Positions 52,852 to 62,767 of a stretch of DNA of 64,000 bases are shown here, piece after piece. The stretch is from an uncultured Candidatus Saccharibacteria bacterium (GTDB lineage Bacteria; Patescibacteriota; Minisyncoccia; Phycocordibacterales; UBA9973). The translations under genes were made by a program, and so were the position numbers. Every line of letters begins with the position of its first letter. Within the stretch, counting starts at the first letter, position 1. Where the stretch lies: assembly GCA_964398205.1 (NCBI GenBank), contig CAYNLU010000002.1, positions 1,004-65,003 on the forward strand, given 5' to 3'. The notes under the pieces are model-generated. The model was given only the letters and a program-made list of their open reading frames with translations, searched no databases and was not told the DNA's origin.

Positions 52852-54549
52852 ATGCACGATTTTGATGAAGATAAACAAAATAAGCAACTCGCAGATCTCA
52901 AGAGAAAAGAAGAAGAAGATTTGGTTTCCCTATTGGCTGAAACTAAATATAACCTCCCCTACGCTGATTTATATAAAGTTGGTATAGATAACGAAGCCTT
53001 ACGAGCAATAGACGAACGAGATGCTCACGAAAAACACATTGCTCCTTTTAAAATTATTGGTAAAAAAATTTATATCGCTCTACGCACTCCAACAGAAGAA
53101 TTAAAACAAGAATTAATCGAGGATATGGGACGTAAAGATTTAGAAGCTGTGTTTTATATGACTTCTCTCGCTAGTATAGAAAAAGTTTGGGACCGATATA
53201 AAGAGCTTTCAATGGCTGAAAGTTCTAAGATAGGAGGCATTGATATATCTTCTGAGATTTTAAGAGAAACAGCTAAAAATATCAAAAGGATGCAAGATAT
53301 CAAACTTGCTTTAGAGCAAGAAATGGAAAGTGGTAAAATTCACAAAATCACTCGCTTACTTGAGATAATCCTTGCTGGAGCTATCGCTATTAATGCTTCT
53401 GATATTCATATCAAGCCCGAAGAAAATGGAGCAAAACTTCGCTTGCGCTTAGATGGAGTACTTCAAGATATAGAATTCTTTAATACTAATATTTATCACC
53501 TGCTAAATTCTCGCATCAAATTACTCTCTGGAATGAAATTAACTTCTCTTGGAGCTCAAGATGGTAGATTTGCGATAGTCGAAGACGAAACCGAAATCAG
53601 TATTCGTACTTCTCTGATTCCAGGATCTTACGGAGAAACTATCGTGATGCGTATACTTGATCCAAAATCAATTCAAATTAATATCGAAGATATGGGTATG
53701 GATCCTTATTTATACGAAATAGTTCTAAAAGAAATCGCAAAACCCAACGGGCTAATTCTAGTAACAGGTCCTACAGGCTCCGGTAAAACTACTACCTTAT
53801 ACGCTTTCTTAAGAAGAATCTATTCCACAGAAATAAACATAATCACTATCGAAGACCCGGTAGAATATAGACTGAAAGGTATTACCCAAACTCAAATCAG
53901 TGATAAAAAAGATTACGGATTTGCTGAAGGATTAAAGGCCGCTCTCCGTCAGGACCCCGACGTAATAATGGTTGGAGAAATCCGCGATAGCGAAACTGCT
54001 AAAACTGCAGTACAATCTGCTCTCACCGGTCACTTGGTTTTCTCTACTTTGCACACTAATAATGCAGCTGGAGTTATCCCTCGACTTTCGGACCTAGAAG
54101 TAAATCCCAAAATTATGCCTTCTGCTTTATCTCTCTCTATTGCTCAAAGATTAGTTAGAAAACTTTGTGAAAAGTGTAAAAAAGAAAAAGAAGCAAAAGA
54201 AAAAGAAATCAATACTCTAAAAACAATAGTAGATAAAATGATAATAAATGGTAAGGATTTAAATAGGTATAATTTAAACAAAGACGGTCCTATAAAATTA
54301 TATGAGGCAGTAGGTTGCGAAGAATGTAACATGACTGGATACAAAGGGCGTATAGGAATATTTGAGGCAATTATGACCAACGAAGATATAGAAAAAATAA
54401 TGCCAAATAATCCTTCGGAAAGAGAAATAAAACAGGTTGCAAACAAACAAGGAATATTATCAATGCGTGAGGATGGTTTAGTAAAAATACTTCGCGGTGT
54501 TACGTCTTATGAAGAAGTATTAAGTGTTGTCGATCTTAATGAAGAATAA
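52852..54549 (+). CDS. pilB: type IV pilus / type II secretion assembly ATPase (PilB/GspE family)
   Basis: 565 aa. Walker A GPTGSGKTTTL, Asp box, His box, tetracysteine CEKC...CEEC. Confidence 0.85.
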   Translation: MHDFDEDKQNKQLADLKRKEEEDLVSLLAETKYNLPYADLYKVGIDNEALRAIDERDAHEKHIAPFKIIGKKIYIALRTPTEELKQELIEDMGRKDLEAVFYMTSLASIEKVWDRYKELSMAESSKIGGIDISSEILRETAKNIKRMQDIKLALEQEMESGKIHKITRLLEIILAGAIAINASDIHIKPEENGAKLRLRLDGVLQDIEFFNTNIYHLLNSRIKLLSGMKLTSLGAQDGRFAIVEDETEISIRTSLIPGSYGETIVMRILDPKSIQINIEDMGMDPYLYEIVLKEIAKPNGLILVTGPTGSGKTTTLYAFLRRIYSTEINIITIEDPVEYRLKGITQTQISDKKDYGFAEGLKAALRQDPDVIMVGEIRDSETAKTAVQSALTGHLVFSTLHTNNAAGVIPRLSDLEVNPKIMPSALSLSIAQRLVRKLCEKCKKEKEAKEKEINTLKTIVDKMIINGKDLNRYNLNKDGPIKLYEAVGCEECNMTGYKGRIGIFEAIMTNEDIEKIMPNNPSEREIKQVANKQGILSMREDGLVKILRGVTSYEEVLSVVDLNEE

Positions 54550-54568
54550 TTAATTAATAAAAACAGAA

Positions 54569-55237
54569 ATGAAAAAAATAGAAAATCAAATTAAAAACCA
54601 ACAAGAAAATCCAGATTTTTTTAGAGTATCAATCTTTGGTAGTGCAAAAATTAAAAAGAATGACCCAATCTACAAAAGTGTTAAAAATTTAGCAAAAGAA
54701 TTAGCAAAAATGGAAATTGACCTTGTTACAGGTGGAGGTAAAGGATTAATGGAAGCTGCAAGTCTAGGCCACAAACAAGGTAAGAAAAATGCAAATGTTA
54801 GAACTATTGGAGTAGGAGTTAAGTTACCTTGGAATCAAGGTTTTAACGAAGCAATAGAATACAAAAAAGAGTATGGAAGATTTTCAGGACGCTTAGATGA
54901 ATTTATGCTTTTATCAAACGCAGTTATTGTAACCCCGGGAGGTATTGGAACTTTATTAGAACTTTTTTATACTTGGCAACTAGTTCAAGTTCACCATATT
55001 TGCAACATTCCTATTATACTGATGGGAGAACAATGGAACGGTTTACTTACTTGGATCAAGAACAATCCTCTAAAAACTGAATACTTAACTAAAAGAGATT
55101 TTGATTTAGTTTTTTATGCAAAAAATGAAGAAGAGGTTTTAGATATGATTCACGATGTTCACACTCACTTCAAAAATAAAGGTAAAGATTTCTGCTTAAA
55201 CTACAAAAGATATAACAAATTTAAAAACCCGAAATAA
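54569..55237 (+). CDS. LOG-family protein (TIGR00730; cytokinin riboside 5'-monophosphate phosphoribohydrolase-like)
   Basis: 222 aa. GGGKGLMEAASLG and PGGIGTLLELF motifs. Confidence 0.7.
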   Translation: MKKIENQIKNQQENPDFFRVSIFGSAKIKKNDPIYKSVKNLAKELAKMEIDLVTGGGKGLMEAASLGHKQGKKNANVRTIGVGVKLPWNQGFNEAIEYKKEYGRFSGRLDEFMLLSNAVIVTPGGIGTLLELFYTWQLVQVHHICNIPIILMGEQWNGLLTWIKNNPLKTEYLTKRDFDLVFYAKNEEEVLDMIHDVHTHFKNKGKDFCLNYKRYNKFKNPK

Positions 55238-55248
55238 TTCGGGTTTTT
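55223..55248 (+). terminator. rho-independent terminator after LOG gene
   Basis: aaaaacccgaa-ataa-ttcgggttttt overlapping the stop codon. Confidence 0.65.
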
Positions 55249-55271
55249 AAATTGAGAAATAAAAAAGAGCA

Positions 55272-55410
55272 TTAATCTCTAAACAATCCTTTGTAAGCTT
55301 AGCCCACAAAGTAACAGATCGCCATAGGATAGCCCCAGAAGTATTATAAATAAAACCAAGTCGTCCTAATCAGAAATGTAGAACCTAAGGCTGATTGCTT
55401 AGAGATTAAC
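55272..55410. ncRNA. candidate structured RNA / long imperfect inverted repeat in the 390-nt LOG-ruvB intergenic region
   Basis: cattaatctctaaacaatcc ... gattgcttagagattaac arms enclose ~100 nt of relatively GC-rich sequence. No known RNA family recognised by eye. Confidence 0.25.
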
Positions 55411-55629
55411 ACCCTCTTAATATAATTTTACTATTTCATTTTACAACCGTAAACAAAAGTTGTGGAAAATATTGTGAATAAACTGTATATAACTTTTCTT
55501 AATCTTTCTAGAGTATAGCATATTATTAAAATAATGTCAATACCCTTTTCTTTAAACCGATAAATTAAGGGTTTTTAAGAAATAAATACTTATATGAGTG
55601 TTGTATTTAAAATATGTTAAAATATAGAG

Positions 55630-56637
55630 ATGGAAGACAAAGAACCAACTAAAAAAACCAGAGAAAACAAAGAAGAATCTTTCTTGGATCAAGCCCTAAG
55701 ACCAAATACATTCAAAGAATACATAGGTCAAGAACACATCAAAGACAATATCAACATATTATTAACCGCGGCGAAAGAACGCGGACACACTCCTGAACAT
55801 ATTTTATTCTACGGACCTCCAGGACTCGGTAAAACCACCCTTGCTCACCTGATAGCAAAAGAAACTGGAAAACAAATCAAAATTACTTCTGGCCCAGCAA
55901 TAGAAAAAGTTGGTGATTTAGCTTCAATACTTACGAATTTATCTCCGGGAGATATTTTATTTATTGATGAAATTCATCGTCTAAACAAAATGATAGAAGA
56001 AATCCTCTACCCCGCTATGGAATCTGGAGTTTTAGATATTATTATTGGTAAAGGTCCTTCAGCGCGATCAATACAACTCGACTTACCTCCTTTTACTCTT
56101 ATCGCAGCAACAACTAGAGTTTCTATGATATCTTCGCCGTTGCGTTCTAGGTTTTCAGGAGGAGTATTTCGTTTAGAGTTTTATTCTGACAACGAATTAG
56201 CTGAAATAGTAAAAAGATCTAGTAAACTTTTAAATACAAATTTAGAAGGAGAAGCAATTTTAGAAATTGCGAAACGAAGTAGATTTACTCCTCGAACTGC
56301 AAACTATTTTCTTAAACGTGTTCGTGATTATGCTCAAGTTTATAAAAAAGATTTAAATCAAGAAACAGTTAAGCAAGCACTAAATATGCTTTCAATAGAC
56401 GAGCTCGGACTAGACGCTTCTGATAGAAAATTTTTAGAAATCCTAATAGATAAATTCGGTGGTGGCCCAGTAGGACTTAAAACTATTGCTGCAGCGCTCG
56501 GCGAAGAAGAAGCAACAATCGAAGAAGTGATTGAACCCTATTTAATTCAACTAGGCTTAATAGAAAAAACTGCTCGCGGCCGCGTAGCAACCGATAAAGC
56601 GTATTTACATTTAGGTTTTGAAATTAAAGAAAAATAA
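55630..56637 (+). CDS. ruvB: Holliday junction branch-migration ATPase RuvB
   Basis: 335 aa. Walker [12 protein letters not shown], Walker [11 protein letters not shown], sensor motifs. Confidence 0.9.
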   Translation: MEDKEPTKKTRENKEESFLDQALRPNTFKEYIGQEHIKDNINILLTAAKERGHTPEHILFYGPPGLGKTTLAHLIAKETGKQIKITSGPAIEKVGDLASILTNLSPGDILFIDEIHRLNKMIEEILYPAMESGVLDIIIGKGPSARSIQLDLPPFTLIAATTRVSMISSPLRSRFSGGVFRLEFYSDNELAEIVKRSSKLLNTNLEGEAILEIAKRSRFTPRTANYFLKRVRDYAQVYKKDLNQETVKQALNMLSIDELGLDASDRKFLEILIDKFGGGPVGLKTIAAALGEEEATIEEVIEPYLIQLGLIEKTARGRVATDKAYLHLGFEIKEK

Positions 56638-56638
56638 T

Positions 56639-57124
56639 ATGAAAATATTAGGAATTGATCCAGGTTATGAAAGGTTGGGTATAGCTATACTAGAGAAAAA
56701 TAAAGGCGATAAAAAAGAGACACTAATTTATAGTGAGTGTTTTAAAACTTCTAGTAAGTTAGATTTTAATGAGAGGTTACTTATGATTGGTAGTAAAATA
56801 AAAGAAATTCTCAAAGAATATGAACCGGCAATTCTTTCTATTGAAACACTTTTTTTAAACACCAATCAAAAGACAGTAATGCAAGTAGCAGAAGTAAGAG
56901 GAATAATTATTTACCTTGCCAAAGAACATAAACTAGAAATCTTTGAAGCCTCCCCTCCTCAAATCAAGAATAGTATTACTGGATATGGTAAATCAGACAA
57001 AGAACAAATTCGCAAAATGGTAGGACTTTTAATAGATCTACCTAAAGATAAAAAAAATAGCCTGGACGATGAATTAGACGCTATAGCGATAGCCTTAACG
57101 GCTTTTGCCCACAAAAGATTTTAG
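56639..57124 (+). CDS. ruvC: Holliday junction resolvase RuvC
   Basis: Start moved to MKILGIDPGYERLGIAI (canonical RuvC N-terminus with catalytic Asp). C-terminal DDELDAIAIAL. Confidence 0.8.
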   Translation: MKILGIDPGYERLGIAILEKNKGDKKETLIYSECFKTSSKLDFNERLLMIGSKIKEILKEYEPAILSIETLFLNTNQKTVMQVAEVRGIIIYLAKEHKLEIFEASPPQIKNSITGYGKSDKEQIRKMVGLLIDLPKDKKNSLDDELDAIAIALTAFAHKRF

Positions 57125-57240
57125 TTATCCACAATATTCAATAAAAAGAATTTGCTTTGGGATTATCTTTTTGATAAAACTATAATAGTTAAAAATAATT
57201 TTTTATTAAGGTCGTTTAAAAAAATAAATTTAAAAATAAA

Positions 57241-57420
57241 ATGGACGAATTTGAAAACGATATAAATGGATCTGATTTCTATGGTGGTAGTTATACTGAG
57301 GATGATGTTTACGATCCTCTACTATTAGACGATGACTTGGATATTGGAGATGACGAGATGGAAGGTATGCATATTGCCGACGAAGATGATGAAGAAGATC
57401 CAGATGATAAGTTTCACTAG
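57241..57420 (+). CDS. small highly acidic protein (59 aa), not in ORF track
   Basis: MDEFENDINGSDFYGGSYTEDDVYDPLLLDDDLDIGDDEMEGMHIADEDDEEDPDDKFH. Followed directly by a strong terminator. Confidence 0.35.
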   Translation: MDEFENDINGSDFYGGSYTEDDVYDPLLLDDDLDIGDDEMEGMHIADEDDEEDPDDKFH

Positions 57421-57430
57421 TTTTAAAATA

Positions 57431-57458
57431 AAAAATACCAGCTAAGCTGGTATTTTTT
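57431..57458. terminator. bidirectional terminator
   Basis: aaaaataccagc-taa-gctggtatttttt between the acidic ORF and the convergent tyrS. Confidence 0.65.
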
Positions 57459-58629
57459 ATTTTATCTCTATGAATAACTTTTTACCTATTTTAAACTTCT
57501 GACCTTTTTTTGGAATATATTTAAAATCTAAAATCTTTTCTTTACTTTCCAAATCTAGCACCGCCCCTTCTTCAAACAATCTCCGTGCTTGATTTTTAGA
57601 AGTTATTAATTTGTTTCCAATAAGAATATCAATAAGCTCTCCCTCACCAAAAACTTGGATCAAGTCATCTGGTATTTCTTTATTTTGGAACTTTTTTACC
57701 CAATCTTCTTGAGCTAGATTAGCTTTTTTATCTCCATGATAGATTTTAGTAATTTCCAAAGCTAATTGCATTTTTTGGTCTTTGGGATTATTGGTGTTTA
57801 TGATTTCTTTTTCTTCTAGATTTGTACAAAGCTCAAAACCAATTTTAATCAAAGAATCATTCCAACTCATAATCTTACCAAACATATCTTCCGGATTATC
57901 TTCAAAAGAAATCATGTTTCCTTCGGTTTTACCCATCTTTTTGCCAGTATTATCTGCAAGCAATTTCATTGCAATTACTGATTTATCCTTTTTAAGAATT
58001 TCATGAACTAAATCTCTACCCATAAGCATATTAAAGGTTTGATCGTTACCTCCAACTTCTACATCTATATCCATAGCAACCGAATCATATCCTTGCATAA
58101 GAGGATAAAAGAATTCATGACCAAAGATAGGCTTACCTTCTTCGTGCCTACGAACAAACATATCTCTTTTTAGCATTTGATCAACGGTGATTTTAGAAGA
58201 TAATTCTAATACTTCTTTAAAATTCATCTTCATTAACCACTTAGAATTAAATTTAATCTGGGCAGGATTTTTACCGGTAAAACTTAAAAATTTGGAAGCT
58301 TGTTTTTTGTATTTTTTTAAATTAGTTAAAACTTCTTTATGAGTTAATTGTTTTCGCGCTGAGGATTTGTCAGTAGGATCCCCTATCATTGCTGTAAAAT
58401 CTCCCATAAGCAGAATTACCTGATGACCTAAATCTTGAAATTCTTTTAACTTCATCATTGGTATTGTGTGACCCATATGCAAGGTTGGCCCGGTTGGATC
58501 AATACCTAAATAAACCTTTAGTCTTTTACCAGAAAGTAATTTGTTTTTTAATGTTTCTTTTACAAAAATATTTTCTACCCCTCGACTTAATAGTCTTTCA
58601 ATTTTATTTTGGTCGGTTATAACTTTCAT
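57457..58629 (-). CDS. tyrS: tyrosyl-tRNA synthetase
   Basis: 390 aa. HIGH-type motif (GPTLHMGH), KMSKS-type KMGKT, C-terminal S4 domain. Confidence 0.8.
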   Translation of the reverse strand: MKVITDQNKIERLLSRGVENIFVKETLKNKLLSGKRLKVYLGIDPTGPTLHMGHTIPMMKLKEFQDLGHQVILLMGDFTAMIGDPTDKSSARKQLTHKEVLTNLKKYKKQASKFLSFTGKNPAQIKFNSKWLMKMNFKEVLELSSKITVDQMLKRDMFVRRHEEGKPIFGHEFFYPLMQGYDSVAMDIDVEVGGNDQTFNMLMGRDLVHEILKKDKSVIAMKLLADNTGKKMGKTEGNMISFEDNPEDMFGKIMSWNDSLIKIGFELCTNLEEKEIINTNNPKDQKMQLALEITKIYHGDKKANLAQEDWVKKFQNKEIPDDLIQVFGEGELIDILIGNKLITSKNQARRLFEEGAVLDLESKEKILDFKYIPKKGQKFKIGKKLFIEIK

Positions 58630-58667
58630 AAGTCGAATTATAACATATTTATTGATATAATAAATAA

Positions 58668-61202
58668 ATGAAAAAGTGGTTAAAAAAAATAAAAAAATTA
58701 GTTCATAAACACAAAAAGCAAGACTTTTGGCACGAAGTCTTTTTATTCTTAATTGGTTTTATTCTTATTTGTATTTCAGTCGTAATTTTTTGGGTAGCAA
58801 CCTTAAAAATACCTGATTTTAGTGATTTCGAAGAAAGGTTAATAATTAACTCAACTAAGATTTACGACCGGACTGGTGAGGTTTTACTTTATAATGTTCA
58901 TCAAGACATAAAAAGAACCAATATTCCTTTCGAGGAAATGGGTAATAATATTAAAAATGCTACTTTAGCCATTGAAGATAAAGAATTTTATAATCACGGT
59001 GGGGTTAGAATAACTTCAACTATTCGTGCTATTATTTCTAATTTATCAGGATTCGGTATTGGAGGAGGAGGTTCAACCATAACTCAACAATTAATAAAAA
59101 ATACTTTGCTTACCTCAAAAAGAAGTATAATTCGAAAAGTTAAAGAATGGATTTTAGCAGTTAAAATAGAAAACGCTTTAACTAAAGACGAAATATTCGA
59201 GCTTTATCTAAACGAAGTTCCTTATGGAGGAACGGTTTATGGAGTAGAAGAAGCAAGTAAAACTTATTTTAATAAAAAAGCTATAGACTTAACCATCGCC
59301 GAGGCTGCGTATTTAGCAGCTATTCCTCAATCCCCTACTAGACTTTCTCCTTTTGGTAAAAATTTAGATAAATTAGAAGAAAGAAAAAATCTAGTTTTAT
59401 ATCAAATGTATGATGCTAATTTTATAACCAAAGAAGAATATGAATCTGCAAAAATAGAAGTTGTAGAATTTCAAAAACAAAATATAAGTAATATTAAAGC
59501 TCCTCATTTTGTATTTTATATTAAAGAATATTTAGAAGAAAAATACGGTAAAGATGTAGTTGAAAAGGGTGGTTTAAAAGTTATAACTACTTTAGATTGG
59601 AAGATGCAAGAAAAAGCTGAAGAAATAGTAAAAGAAGGCGCTTTAAAAAACGACAAAGAATGGAATGGTAAGAATGCCGCATTGGTTGCAATAGACCCTA
59701 AAACCGGGCAAATACTTTCTATGGTTGGATCAAGGGATTATTTTGATAAAGACATAGATGGAAACTTTAATGTAGCTACAGCATTAAGACAACCAGGTTC
59801 TTCTTTTAAGCCTTTTATTTACGCTACAGCTTTCAATAAAGGTTTTACAGATGATACTGTTTTATTTGATTTACCTACTGAATTCCAAACTACCTGTGAT
59901 GCTTACGGTAAAGCAATAACAGGTAGTCAAAGTAATTGTTATAGTCCTCAGAACTATGATGGAAAATTTAGAGGCCCTATGAGTCTAAGAAACGCCCTTG
60001 CTCAATCAATAAACATCCCAGCAATTAAATTGTTTTATTTAGCAGGGCTTAGAGATTCACTAAAAACAGCCGAAGATATGGGTATTAGCACCTTAGGAGA
60101 TATTAACCGTTATGGTTTAACTTTAGTTATTGGAGGTGGTGAAGTAACATTACTTGATATAACTTCTGCTTACGGGGTTTTTGCGAACAGTGGTATAAAA
60201 AATAAACACACTGGGGTTTTAGAAGTCATAGACAGAAACGGCGAAAGTTTAGAAAAATATAATCAAAAAGAAATAGAAGTTTTACCTAAAAATACTGCTT
60301 TAACAATATCTTCTATTATGTCTGATAATGTAGCCCGAGTTCCTACTTTTGGAAATGGCTCTGCTTTAGAAGTTCCTGGATATAAGGTGGCGGTTAAAAC
60401 CGGTACCACAAACAGCAACAAAGACGCTTGGACAGTAGGTTACACCCCTTCTTTAGTAGTTGGTGTGTGGGCGGGAAATAACGATAATAAACCGATGAGA
60501 AAAGGAGGTTCTGCTTTAGCTGGGCCTATTTGGAACGCTTTTATGAGGCACGCTTTACCTTTAGTATCTAGTGAAACTTTTGAAGAACCAATACCTTACG
60601 ACAAAAACATAAAACCAATCCTAAGAGGCGTTTGGTGGGGAAACGAAAGTTATGTTGTAGATTCAGTAACAGGAAAATTAGCTACAGAATTTACACCAGA
60701 ACAGACTAAGGTAGAAAAAACTGTAACAAACGTAAAATCTATTTTGTATTGGGTAGACAGAAACAACATATTAGGAGATAGACCAACAGGAATAGAAAAT
60801 AGTAGGGTTTTTATTAACTGGAATACCCCAATTCAAGATTGGTGGGAAAAAAATAAATATAAATATGACAACACTACAATAAACGAAATACCTAAAGAAT
60901 ATGATAATATACATGGAAATTATAAACCGGAAGTTTTATTGATAGAACCTAAAAACAATAAATTGTATGGTAGTAATGAATTAATTCAAATAAAAACAGA
61001 AACCAATAGCTTATATCCTATAATTAAAATGGATGTATTTATTAATGGTTCTTTTGTTGGAACATTAGAACCTCCTTTTAATTATAGTTTTACACCGGAA
61101 AGCTTAGAAAACTTAAAAGACGAAAATGAAATTAGGATAAATGTGTACGATAGTATTTATAACTCCAAAGAAATTATATCAACTTTTAGGGTTGGACTTT
61201 AA
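58668..61202 (+). CDS. class A penicillin-binding protein (bifunctional glycosyltransferase/transpeptidase, PBP1A-like)
   Basis: 844 aa. N-terminal TM. GT51 motifs EDKEFYNHGG, GGSTITQQL. Transpeptidase SSFKP (SxxK), KTGTTN (KTG). Confidence 0.9.
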   Translation: MKKWLKKIKKLVHKHKKQDFWHEVFLFLIGFILICISVVIFWVATLKIPDFSDFEERLIINSTKIYDRTGEVLLYNVHQDIKRTNIPFEEMGNNIKNATLAIEDKEFYNHGGVRITSTIRAIISNLSGFGIGGGGSTITQQLIKNTLLTSKRSIIRKVKEWILAVKIENALTKDEIFELYLNEVPYGGTVYGVEEASKTYFNKKAIDLTIAEAAYLAAIPQSPTRLSPFGKNLDKLEERKNLVLYQMYDANFITKEEYESAKIEVVEFQKQNISNIKAPHFVFYIKEYLEEKYGKDVVEKGGLKVITTLDWKMQEKAEEIVKEGALKNDKEWNGKNAALVAIDPKTGQILSMVGSRDYFDKDIDGNFNVATALRQPGSSFKPFIYATAFNKGFTDDTVLFDLPTEFQTTCDAYGKAITGSQSNCYSPQNYDGKFRGPMSLRNALAQSINIPAIKLFYLAGLRDSLKTAEDMGISTLGDINRYGLTLVIGGGEVTLLDITSAYGVFANSGIKNKHTGVLEVIDRNGESLEKYNQKEIEVLPKNTALTISSIMSDNVARVPTFGNGSALEVPGYKVAVKTGTTNSNKDAWTVGYTPSLVVGVWAGNNDNKPMRKGGSALAGPIWNAFMRHALPLVSSETFEEPIPYDKNIKPILRGVWWGNESYVVDSVTGKLATEFTPEQTKVEKTVTNVKSILYWVDRNNILGDRPTGIENSRVFINWNTPIQDWWEKNKYKYDNTTINEIPKEYDNIHGNYKPEVLLIEPKNNKLYGSNELIQIKTETNSLYPIIKMDVFINGSFVGTLEPPFNYSFTPESLENLKDENEIRINVYDSIYNSKEIISTFRVGL

Positions 61203-61456
61203 TAAAAATTTTTTATATTTTTATCCATACCATATTCTTTAATTTTACTTAAAATGAGATCTTTGTTTAAAAAGATCTCATTTTTATATAAAGGATGAAT
61301 ATCTAATTTTAATACACCATTCTTAAAAGATATTTTTTCTTTCGGTATATCTATTTTTAAAACATCTAAAATCACATCTCTAATGATAGATATTTTTAAT
61401 TCTTCATTATCTACTAGTTTATTAAATCGAATTAATAAATCTTTAATTTCAATCAT
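61199..61456 (-). CDS. small conserved protein downstream of dnaN (DUF721/DciA-like or YaaA-like)
   Basis: 85 aa. Position immediately after dnaN mirrors the dnaA-dnaN-(small protein) arrangement. No motif confirmed. Confidence 0.3.
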   Translation of the reverse strand: MIEIKDLLIRFNKLVDNEELKISIIRDVILDVLKIDIPKEKISFKNGVLKLDIHPLYKNEIFLNKDLILSKIKEYGMDKNIKNFY

Positions 61457-62553
61457 TATCTATTCATAGGCATTATTAAATAAGTAAAACTATTATCAGA
61501 AACAGGGTTTATTATCATAGGTTTAAAAGATCCATCTAGTTTAATAGAAACACTGTCTGTAGACAAAGAAGGAAAACAGTCTAAAAAGTATTTATAATTA
61601 AAAGAAAGAACAACATCTTCCCCTTTCAAAACAGCATCTAGATAGGTGTTATTTTCTCCTATATCGTTATTAGAGGAAGATAATTCACAAACCTTATCTT
61701 TTATATTAATATTTAAATTTAATTGATTAAATTTATCTGAAAATATATTTGAAATTTTTAAAGCATTAAGTAAATCTTGTTTCAGTAAAATTATTTCTGT
61801 TTTATTTTCTTTTGGTATTATTTGTCTATAATCAGGGTAAATCCCATCTATTATTCTTGAGGTTAAGTAAACACCATCTAATGAAAAAGAAATTTGATTT
61901 TTATTAAAACAAACTTTTACATTTTGATTACCTTCACCTAAAACCCTTAAAATTTCACCTATATTTTTAAAAGGGATTAAAATATTAAAATCTTCTATAT
62001 TCTTTTTTAATTTTATTTTCTTCTCAGCTAAACGAAAAGAATCTGTTGACACGAAAACTAAATTATCATTTTCGCTATAAATATAAACACTAGATATTTC
62101 TGGTTTTATATCTGAAGGAGAAGCGCTATAATAAACAGCTTTTATACCTTCTACGAGCTTTTTAGACTCTATCTCAAAACTTTCCCCAGAAACATTCGGA
62201 ATAGTAGGAAAATCTTCATAAGACATACCTTTTAATTTAATTTTATTCTTTTTGGTTTTAATAGAAAGATTTCCTTCTTCCCCTGTTAGTATAATATTTT
62301 CTTTTTGTACAATATTTGTAAAAACCGAAGCGAGAGCATTGCCAGAAATAGCTAAAGTTCCTTCTTGTTCAACTTTTGCTGGTATTTCTATTTCAACACC
62401 TAGAGATAAATTCATAGCCTTAAGTTTTAAAACTTTATTTGAAGCTTCAAGTAGAATAGAACTTAATACAGGTAGAGTTAAATTTCTTCCAGTTATTTTT
62501 TCTGCTAATAAAATTCCATTCTTTAATTTTTCAATTTCACATTCTACCTTCAT
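61456..62553 (-). CDS. dnaN: DNA polymerase III beta sliding clamp
   Basis: 365 aa, three-domain clamp length. Adjacent to dnaA. C-terminal ...MPMNR. Confidence 0.85.
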   Translation of the reverse strand: MKVECEIEKLKNGILLAEKITGRNLTLPVLSSILLEASNKVLKLKAMNLSLGVEIEIPAKVEQEGTLAISGNALASVFTNIVQKENIILTGEEGNLSIKTKKNKIKLKGMSYEDFPTIPNVSGESFEIESKKLVEGIKAVYYSASPSDIKPEISSVYIYSENDNLVFVSTDSFRLAEKKIKLKKNIEDFNILIPFKNIGEILRVLGEGNQNVKVCFNKNQISFSLDGVYLTSRIIDGIYPDYRQIIPKENKTEIILLKQDLLNALKISNIFSDKFNQLNLNINIKDKVCELSSSNNDIGENNTYLDAVLKGEDVVLSFNYKYFLDCFPSLSTDSVSIKLDGSFKPMIINPVSDNSFTYLIMPMNR

Positions 62554-62596
62554 ATGTTTATATTTTATATATTTAATCTATTAATATTGTTAGCCC

Positions 62597-62613
62597 TGTG
62601 GATATGTGGATAA
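62597..62613. promoter_or_regulatory. tandem DnaA boxes (TGTGGATAT / TGTGGATAA) in dnaN-dnaA intergenic region
   Basis: cctgtggatatgtggataag. Second box is a perfect TTATCCACA reverse complement. Confidence 0.6.
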
Positions 62614-62758
62614 GATATTTATATTTATATTTTATAAGGGTTTTTTCGGCTTTTTTAATTTAATAACTTTCTAATTTTATTTTTAAATTGTTAATAATTT
62701 TTATTTTTAATTTAACCACTATTCTTTATAAGAAATTATCAACAAACATTTTTACACT

Positions 62759-62767
62759 TTATCCACA
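62759..62767. promoter_or_regulatory. DnaA box TTATCCACA immediately 3' of dnaA stop
   Basis: Perfect consensus 9-mer in the AT-rich dnaN-dnaA spacer. Confidence 0.55.

Noticed and set aside
52852-54549. Type IV pilus gene cluster
   Set aside because: Only the PilB/GspE ATPase is present here. No pilC, pilM-Q or pilin genes adjacent, so no cluster can be called from this window.
56618-56638. Upstream start of ruvC (MKLKKNN) overlapping ruvB
   Set aside because: RuvC family proteins begin with the xILGIDPG catalytic motif. The ATG at 56639 immediately follows the ruvB stop.
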